Below are positions 54,808-64,000 of a stretch of 64,000 nt of DNA, piece by piece. The notes beneath the pieces are model-generated. The model saw only the letters and a program-made list of their open reading frames with translations. It did no database searches and was not told the origin of the DNA. The DNA is from Octopus vulgaris (Eukaryota). Location of the stretch: contig OX597842.1 of the NCBI GenBank assembly GCA_951406725.2, positions 6,758,001 through 6,822,000 on the forward strand, in the 5' to 3' direction. Numbering within the stretch: the stretch's first letter is position 1; each line of letters starts with the position of its first letter. The translations under genes and the position numbers were made by a program.

Positions 54808-55017
54808 TTGTGTGTCTGTGTTTGTCCCCCTAGCATTGCTTGACAACCGATGCTGGTGTGTTTATGCCCCCGTCACTTAGCGGTTCGGCAAAAGGAATCG
54901 ATAGAATAAGTACTGGGCTTACAAAGAATAAGTCCCGGGGTCGATTTGCTCAATTAAAGGCGGTGCTCCAGCATGGCCGCAGTCAAATGACTGAAACAAG
55001 TAAAAGAGTAAAAGAGT
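54600..55017 (+). mobile_element. SINE family A, full length
   Basis: GGCGCAGGAGTGGCTGTGTGGTAAG...CCGGGTTCAGTCCC...CTTGGGCAAGTG... ending in an AGTAAAAGAGT tail. Confidence 0.9.
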
Positions 55018-55319
55018 ATATGTATACATATATGTACATACCTACATATATATGTATATATACATGCATATATGGGTACAGGACATCAAAAAAAAAAAAA
55101 GGGGGAATATTCTTTATGTTGTATGTCTCGTTTCTCTGTTTTTTTTTGTTGTTTGAAAAATAGGTCGTTTCTATGTTTTTGTTTTTATGTTTTCGTTTCT
55201 CATTGTGTTCAAGGTTTTTTTGATGTCCTGTACCCAAAAATGCATTTATATATGTAGGTATGTACATATATTTATGTATATATGCATATATTTATATATT
55301 ATTTATATCATTGCAAAAA

Positions 55320-55703
55320 ATACCCAGCTGGTGTTGAAATTCCAATGAAGGAGACTTGGATCTAAGTTAGATACCAGTTCTTTCTTTATTGGCAAGAGAT
55401 GTTGAAATAAAACTGAATAATGACATACATACATACATACATACATACATACATACATACATACATACATACATACATACATACATACTTACATACATAC
55501 ATACATACATACATATATACATACATACATACATATACATACATACATACATACATACAATCATACATACATACATACATACATACATACATACATACAT
55601 ACATACATACATACATACTTACATACATACAATCATACATACATACATACATACATACATGCATGCATACATACATACATACATACATACATACATACAT
55701 ACA

Positions 55704-55734
<31 letters not shown>

Positions 55735-56190
55735 CCAAGCCATTACTGGAACTGCAAAAATCTGTAAAACTTTCCAGAATTTTATCACTTAAGTATATAT
55801 GTGCATGTCTAGACCTGCAACTATATGATTAAGAATACATATGTAAAACAAAACATACAAATGTGCACATGTAATGACTCCAAATACTGCACATATGCAC
55901 ACATACATGCAAAAATATCCTGTTAATGATGTTGAAATTTCAATGTAGACTTGGATTTAGGTTAGAAACCAGCTCTTTCTTTATTGGCAAGAGATCTTGA
56001 AACAAAACTGAATAAGGACATACATACATACATACAAACATGCATACATACATACATACATACATGCTTACATACATACATACCTACCTACCTACCTACC
56101 TACATACAAACATACATACATAAATACATACATACATACATACATACATACATACATACATACATACATACATACACACATACATATAAA
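55320..56190 (+). repeat. Two direct copies of a ~100-bp repeat, each followed by a (TACA)n array
   Basis: GTTGAAATT(C/T)CAATG...TTTATTGGCAAGAGAT...AAAACTGAATAA at 55332-55422 and 55930-56018. Confidence 0.75.
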
Positions 56191-56455
56191 TGAACAAACA
56201 AACAGTGAACAAACAGAGACATCATGATATAGAAAAAGATGGTGTTTTTTTAGGGTTTCTGTATTCTAGGTTCACATCCAACCAAAGTCAATCTTGCAAT
56301 TCATTTTTCTTGCATTGATTTTTCGCTCTCTCTTTGTCTCTCACTCTCTCTTCCAAAGTACTTGTCAACCAACAGGATCTGGAACTTCCTGTACACACAC
56401 AGACATTAACACTCACACACATACGTACATACACATGCATACATACATACACACA

Positions 56456-56486
<31 letters not shown>

Positions 56487-56640
56487 CTGTAAAATAATAT
56501 GTGACATTTATTCAATAGCCAAGACAAAAGTTTTATCTTGGCTATTGAATAATTGTCACATATTATTTTACAGATAAATTTCCTCTATTTACATAATATT
56601 GAGGTCTCTTTCTTTCTTTGTTACCTTACCGTTTTTACCA

Positions 56641-56787
<147 letters not shown>

Positions 56788-56859
56788 GAGGGAAACTAAA
56801 AAAGTTCCTGGCTTTAAGGCCCGACCTTCTAAGTTCTTTTACAGGGATTAGAAAATCTG

Positions 56860-57062
56860 AAGGTGGCACGTAAAAAGCACCCACTACACTCTCGGAGTGG
56901 TTGGTGTTAGGAAGGGCATCCAGCTGTAGAAACTTTGCCAGATCAGACTGGAGCCTGGTGCAGCCTTCTGGCTTGCCAGCTCTGAGTCAAACCATCCAAC
57001 CCATGCCAGCATGGAAAGCAGATGTTAAATGACGATGATGACGACAAAGATGATGATGATGA
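56860..57062 (+). mobile_element. RTE-type LINE 3' end
   Basis: GCACCCACTACACTCTCGGAGTGGTTGG...AGGAAGGGCATCCAGC... ending in a (GAT)n tail. Confidence 0.7.
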
Positions 57063-57948
57063 AGGGCTGCTGCAATAAGTGTGTGAATCTGAGAGGGAAA
57101 TATGTTGAATAAAATCATAATTCTGTGAGACACAGAAAGATTACATAACGATTAAACACAAGCCTTGGTTTCTTTCAGTTGACTATGAATGTTAACAGGT
57201 TTGCATGTAATAAAATGTTTCTAAGCTGTGTAAGTGATTTAGATCATCAGTTGTCTTTCATACGTCAATGTGGGATGTCACTACAGTGAGCACTGATGAT
57301 GTACAATTTCATGAGTTAGCTGGGCTTCCATGAAATGGAAACATTTTTCATTGGCTTTAGAATGGGTTAATACAGAGATGATGGGCTCACTATTTCTAAC
57401 TGTCTGCAAAGCAGTATACATGGCAACAAATATTCAGTTTGTCACCAGTAACCGTCCAAGCAAATCTTACAATCTTCCAAGGTGTCACATTTAAGTATCA
57501 GATATTATATAGGTCCCTCAATAAGCCACCCACAAAGAATACAGACAGCTCCCAAATATCATCAAACATGTTCTTGGAAGTACTGACCAGAAGTTAAATA
57601 CATTATCATATGATAAAGTGATCCTCAGCAGATTATTGCATTCAGGAGAATTCGAATGAAAGCCTTTTAGAGAACTTTATTCCCTTGAAAATTTGCCAAA
57701 CGGAGATGGTACAATTGCTACGCTTCGAAATTAAATATAATGGAATCTAAGCTTATTTAAAGTACTGTAACAATTTTTAAAGCTAAGAATGAGAAGCATT
57801 TTGTCAAAATATTATCTATATAATCACTTCACTATCAAAAGAGAGATATGAATTGTAACATATCTGTACTGTATAGCTTTTAAATTCTTCAATTTGTATA
57901 AACAGCACTTCTAAATATATACAGCAAATACTACATGTGTGTGCTTGT

Positions 57949-57990
<42 letters not shown>

Positions 57991-58620
57991 TTATACACAT
58001 AGATTCACTCACATACTTAATTATATTTCTTGAAGTATCAAGTACTTTATTTAGTTTGTGAATACCCTTGTTCCTATGAACAAGCACATCCTAAACATAC
58101 ATACATACATGCATGCATACATCCATCTTTTGAAATGAGGTGTGCTAGAATGTAGACTACTCCACCAACATCACCATGAAGAAAACAAGCAAGAAAAAAA
58201 CTTTACAGGTAATATTATTGCAAGAACCAGTTAAAACATCTTTCAGTTTCTAAGAAGTGGAAGCTGCAGAAATATTTCTTGGAAACCCGATATATCATTT
58301 GATATGTTGATACAGCGGTTGTGTAGTAGTTAGTAGTCGGTAGCAGAAGTTTCCTTATCATGGACTACTTTTTGTGAGCTACTTTGGTGATACTGTGATG
58401 TGCAGTAGCTTAGCTGGTTGTAGGACTTTTCTTTACCTTATCACGAACTATTTTCAGTGGGTTAAGATGGCGAAAAGCTGAAAATAGAAAATAGGCTTGA
58501 AGTATTCCTCCAGATATTCAGACTCAGACACAGAGCAAGAGATACAATGGAGACAGAGATAAAAACAGACGTTATAGACACAGCCCTCTGGGGGGTTTTC
58601 TGCCAGTTACTATCTTTCAA

Positions 58621-59028
58621 CTTTTACTCTTTTACTTGTTTCAGTCATTTGACTGTGGCCATGCTGGAGCACCGCCTTTAGTCGAGCAAATCAACCCCGG
58701 GACTTATTCTTTGTAAGCCCAGTACTTATTCTATCGGTCTCTTTTGCTGAACTGCTGAGTTACGGGGATGTAAATACAACAGCATCGGTTGTCAAGCGAT
58801 GTTGGGGGGGGGGGACAAACAGACACACAAACATATACACACATAATACGTATATATATATACATATATACTACGGGCTTCTTTCAGTTTCCATCTACCA
58901 AATCCACTCACAAGGCTTTAGTCGGTCTGAGGTTATAGTAGAAGACACTTGCCCAAGGTGCCACGCAGTGGGACTGAACCCGGGACCATGTGGTTGGTAA
59001 GCAAGCTACTTACCACACAGCCATTCCT
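58621..59028 (-). mobile_element. SINE family A, full length
   Basis: Reverse-complement family match. Confidence 0.85.
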
Positions 59029-60034
59029 ATGTCTATCTTTCAACTTTTATATTTAGTTTGTTTCACTCATTAGACTATGGCCATGGAGGGGGTACCCCTT
59101 TGAACACTTCTTAGTCAAACAAACTGACCCTAGTACTTGTTTCTAATCTAAGCCTGATACTTATTCTATTGGTCTCTCTTGCCAAATCACTACGTTACAG
59201 GGACATAAACAAAGCAACACTGGTTATTAAATGGTGGGAGGGGGACAAACACAAATACGCGCGCACACACACATTGGGCTTCTTTTAGTTTCTGCCAACC
59301 AAATCCAGTATTTTTTATTTAAGTCTGGTATTTCTTCTGTCAGTCTCTTTTGCCAAATCACTGTTACAGGAATATAAACAAACCAACACCTCTTTTCAAG
59401 CAATGAAGATTGGACATTCACAAATACAGACACACACACCTATACATATACAATGAGCTTCCACTTTCCTAAGGAATGTATGTATGCATATGTATATATC
59501 TGTATGTATATATGAACATATATGTATGTGTATATATGAACTGACACTCTATTGGTTATGACAATCAAGGTTCCATTTGATCTGACCAATGAAGAAGCCT
59601 ACTTGTGAAATTAACAAGCAAGTGGCTGAGTACTTCACAGACATGCCTACCCTTAATGTATTTCACAGGGAGATTCAGGATTTCTTGGTGAGTGCACCAG
59701 TGCTGGGGCCATGTAAAATGCATCCAGTCCACACTGTAAAGTGGCTGGTATTTGAAAGGGCATCCAGCAGTAAAACTCATGCCAAAACTCTCTCTGGTGC
59801 TGTTGCCACATAAAAAGCACCCAGTCCACTTTGTGGGGTCGTTGGTGTTAGGAAGGACATCCAGCTACAAAAACCATACCAAAACATATACAGAAGTATG
59901 GTGCAGGCTTCTACCTAACCAGCTCTTGTCAAACTGTCCAACCCATGCCAGCAAGGAAAATAGACGTTAAATGATGATGATGATGATATGAAGAGAGAGA
60001 GGTGAGAGATGCATATTGCATTTGTGTATGTGTA

Positions 60035-60545
60035 TACAGGGTGCGGTGAATAAACAGTTGTCTAAATTAAGCAAAAATGGAAATAACACTGACATCTCAT
60101 TTTAACATATATTTACCAAAATTATATAGAAATAGCTTGAAATACTAAAAGTAAATTTATTCAAAGAAATCGCTATTGGCTTCAGCCACAGCCGCTAGAC
60201 GACTTCAGAATCTCCTGCAACTCTTCTAAATGGTCTCTTTGTTTAAGTTGGTAAATACTGCCATAATCCTTGCCTTCGGTTCATCTTTGGTGTTACAAAG
60301 AGTCTTGTTGGTCTCTCACTTAACTGTGCTCCACACATAATAATCAAGGGGGTTGCAGTCCGGGGAGTTAGGTGGCCAGATGTTAGGGGTTATGTGATCG
60401 CAGAAATTGTCTGACAACCATAACTGGGTTCTGCTGCTAATGTGACATGGTGCAGAGTCCTGTTGCCAGACATAAGGTCTTCCAACAGGTACCCTGTTGA
60501 CCCAGGGCAGTACCACCTCCTCCAGGCACTTGAGGTATTTTTCGA
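60035..60545 (-). mobile_element. Tc1/mariner DD37D (maT-type) transposon relic, 3' half with TIR
   Basis: Peptide YVWQQDSAPCH...WPPNSPDCNPLDYYVW has 37 residues between the 2nd and 3rd catalytic Asp. Terminus TA|CAGGGTG at ~60035. Interrupted at ~60546 by an (ATT)n-flanked repeat. Confidence 0.85.
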
Positions 60546-60547
60546 TG

Positions 60548-60584
<37 letters not shown>

Positions 60585-60614
60585 CATCATTATCATTATT
60601 ATTATTATTATTAT

Positions 60615-61168
60615 TGAGTGAGAGAGCAGTGCATGCCATCAAAGTGACACTGGGGTAAAATATACGAAGCCCAGTATACCCATCATGACAACCCGTCTGA
60701 TAAGGGTACACTAGGCACATGCATCACAACCATATGTGCGCAACATGGTGATCTCATATCAAGATAAAAAGCACATGACCTTGCAGGTGGGGCCCACTTA
60801 GAATTTTCTTCAGGTCGAGTAACCCATCCTGCTCAAAAGGTCCCTGAATAAGGGTTGTTTAAGGATGTTGATGAAACACCAATGTTTCCAGAGGTGAATT
60901 ATTCAAACCCCAAAGAATCCCTCTCAACACATGGCTATGATGCTCCCCCACTACTTCTGCTCGTGGTCAGAGATGTACATATCGCCGGCCACTAAGGGAC
61001 ATGCTCAACTGGTTAAGGTCAAACAACTGACAAGCAAATCTGTGGTATTGAGCAGAATATTTGCTGTAGCCCATCTTTTATACCAAGACAAAACAATGTA
61101 CATGATAACACTTCTAATCAGTTAAGATCAGAAGCCATGAGAGCCACTGCTTGGTACTGCATCAGGGC

Positions 61169-61170
<2 letters not shown>
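60615..61170. mobile_element. Interspersed repeat flanked by (ATT)n
   Basis: GAGAGCAGTGCATGCCATCAA...GATCTCATATCAAGATAAA also present at 50045-50245. Confidence 0.65.
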
Positions 61171-61252
<82 letters not shown>

Positions 61253-61367
61253 CATTATTATTATAATTATTATTATTATTATTCAGGTCACTGCCTGGAA
61301 GCAAACTCAGAATCTTGGGATTAGTAGCTCATGCTCTTAACCACTACACCACAATTCCAGGCAATGA

Positions 61368-61415
<48 letters not shown>

Positions 61416-61990
61416 CAACAACAACATCGAAAAATACCTTAGGAATGAGAACCCAGGATGAAGACTGGAGGGTGTATCAGCCGAAATGTTGTGTTAACAA
61501 CAAACAAGATGACGACAAATATCCATCAAATGTAAATAATGTAAATAATGTACGTTATTATTGTTATTGGTATTATTATTATTTTTATTATTGTTATTGT
61601 TATTATTATATATGTGTGTATGTATATATATATATATATATATACATACGTATATATATGTATGTATGTATTTGCATGTAAACATGTGTGTGTGTACATA
61701 TGCATTCTTCCATGGTAATATTCTATCATTCCTCTGTTACATCCAAAATTCCAAATTCTTTTTAGTTTATTACCCCAAACATGTTTATTCATTCACAATG
61801 ACACACATACACACACATACATACACTCACATGCACACATACACATGCACATGCGCACACACACATACACACACACATGCACACATGTATACTCTCATAT
61901 GTTCATATAGATTTTCTATAAAAATCTATGTATCAATACATATGGGTGTTACATATATGTGTGTTCACGTGTAAATATATATATATATAT

Positions 61991-62170
61991 ACTTTATTTA
62001 AAAGCAGCAGAAATTCAACAAAACCTGTTACTCGGAGTTTCACGTTCCCATTCATCGGACAGTTTTGTTAAAATTTTAACAAATTTTTAAATAAAGCATA
62101 TTACTCTACCCCTGGTATTTGAGCACTCTTTTTTCCACCTTGTTTCACATTTATGTGTTTACTCCGGTAT
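61991..62170 (-). mobile_element. Penelope-like terminal-repeat fragment carrying a minimal hammerhead-like motif
   Basis: Embedded in (TA)n, with a partial internal inversion. Same family as 36551-36705. The hammerhead-like core is at 62017-62069. Confidence 0.6.
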
Positions 62171-62289
62171 ATATATATATATATATATATATATAAGTGT
62201 ATACTTGTATGTAAGCATGTATATTGGTAGATATGTCATACACAAACACACATACACACTCACACACATATATACATGTGTGTACGAAA

Positions 62290-62920
62290 ATTTATGTCAA
62301 CACAACCAAGTGAGACCATAACTCGTGGCCTATGCCAGGGGTGTAACCAGTCTACTTATGTGTACCTTTCCTTCATTGGACACTAAACTCTGCTTGCGAA
62401 GACCTGGTGAGGCAAGTGAAATCGAAATCAAATTTGATGTCAGCACCGCATGACTGGCATCCATGCCAGTGGGGCGTTAAGAGCACCATCCAAGCATGAT
62501 CGTTACCAGGGCTGCTGACAGGCTCCTGTGCTGGTGGCACATAAAACGTACCATTCGAGCCTGATCATCACCAACGTCGCCTGACTGGCACTTGTGCCGC
62601 TGGCACATGAAAAACAACAGTTTTTCATTGCAGGTCGTTGCAGTTGCCAGTGTCGCTGGACTGGCTCCTGCGCAGGTGGCATGTAAAAAACACCATTTGA
62701 GCGTGGCCGTTGCCAGTAACACCTGACTAGCCCTCGTGCAGGCGGCACGTAAAAGCACCCACTACACTCTCAGAGTGGTTGGTGTTAGGAAGGGCATCCA
62801 GCAGTAGAAACTCTGCCAGATCAGATTGGAGCCTGGTGTGGCCTCCTGACTTGCTAGTCCTCAGTCAAACCATCCAACCCATGCCAGCATGGACAGTGGG
62901 CATTAAACGATGATGATGAC
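62290..62920 (+). mobile_element. RTE-type LINE 3' region with internal ~70-bp tandem units
   Basis: Repeated GACTGGCTCCTG(T/C)GC.GGTGGCAC.TAAAA units and a (GAT)n tail. Confidence 0.7.
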
Positions 62921-63473
62921 ATTATCAAGGTAATCCATACTGGTGAAATTTTAACTAAACATCTGAAAAAATTTTAGCTGTTAAAAACGCTAACAGAAAG
63001 AAATGCTAAACCAAATTTAACTTTTAGGCATTTATTCATTCAACCAAGAATGATGTCAATGAATAACTAATTTAGTTTATAAAAATAAAACATAAAAAAT
63101 GCTGTATTAATTCCATACGTTTTGATAATTTGAAATCTACATAAAAATAAAAATTAAAAAATTAAAAAACCTAACAGAACGTGAGTATATTTATTTGCTG
63201 AAACTGATGACGTTAAAGAACAAAATCTGCAGACAAGAATTCTATGTTAAGCTTAATGGATAACTAAAGATTAAAAACTACAGATAATAATTCTACTTAA
63301 TGCTTAATAGAAACTTGTATACTTTATGTTGCAATAATTAATTACCTACTTATTTATTTAATATAATAAACCCTTCTATAGGAATTAACCTTATTTCATA
63401 ATAACTGAAGAAACTTTTTATTTTTAACTCTCCAGTGAGATCCTAGGTGGTTGTATATGTTGTTGAATATAAT

Positions 63474-64000
63474 ACAGGGATTCCTCGACTTGCGCAAGTA
63501 ATTGGGGGAAGCGCAATTCGAAATTCACACAAGTCGAGTACCAGATATTGTTTTCTATAAATATTTTCCGGGATAACTGCTAAATATTGTTATATTAAAG
63601 GAACACTTGGAGAAAGTATTGAATGAACTTTCTTTCTATTTGAAACCAAAAATCTTTTATTGGTGACTGCTTTGTACGAATACAAATTACAAAAGATAAT
63701 ACAAATTGTTTAATGATTAAAAACAGAAAGTAGAAAAATACATAGCAAATAAATTTACTTATTCAGTTGATCAAACATTTTTTTATAACAAGAAAGATCA
63801 TGTCCCAAATTTCTTTGCACTTGCATACATCGGTGAGTGTTCTCGTCAAAGTTCATTATTTGGTCTTTTAAGCTTTCAAAGGCAATGCAACCATGGATAA
63901 TAAATATTTTTACAACAAGCGCAAGTCGAGAATACAACTCGCGCAACCTGAACACTCGGTATCAAAGGTTGGCTCACGCAAGTCGAATTTCATGCAAGTT
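63474..64000. mobile_element. Tigger/pogo-like DNA transposon derivative
   Basis: TA|CAGGGATTCCTCGACTTGCG terminus and recurring CGCAAGTCGA subterminal motifs. Runs off the window. Confidence 0.5.

Noticed and set aside
57100-57720. Complex non-microsatellite stretch, possible exon or transposase relic
   Set aside because: No ORF of 60 aa or more and no recognisable motif; cannot be assigned without a database search.

Overview
This is very AT-rich, microsatellite- and SINE-dense eukaryotic DNA. The repeat families and the protein sequence point to a coleoid cephalopod, most likely Octopus. The only real protein-coding gene is the 5' part of a muscle myosin II heavy chain gene on the minus strand. 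It has a probable TATA/Inr promoter with a ~20-nt first exon at ~38.5 kb, then coding exons at 22771-22968, 21478-21621, 14579-14735 and a 28-nt exon at 13452-13479. Two equal-length (112-nt) paralogous P-loop/loop-1 exons at 7893-8004 and 5768-5879 look mutually exclusive. The next exon (…LEDQ…NSSRF) was not found and presumably lies beyond position 1. The intervening DNA holds candidate small exons, splicing-control elements, many tRNA-derived SINEs, RTE/Tx1/RLE-LINE fragments, a DD37D mariner (maT) relic, hAT/piggyBac/Tigger MITEs, and Penelope-like fold-back elements, one with a near-canonical minimal hammerhead ribozyme. Nearly all listed six-frame ORFs are (TA)n/(CA)n/(TACA)n/(ACC)n artefacts.
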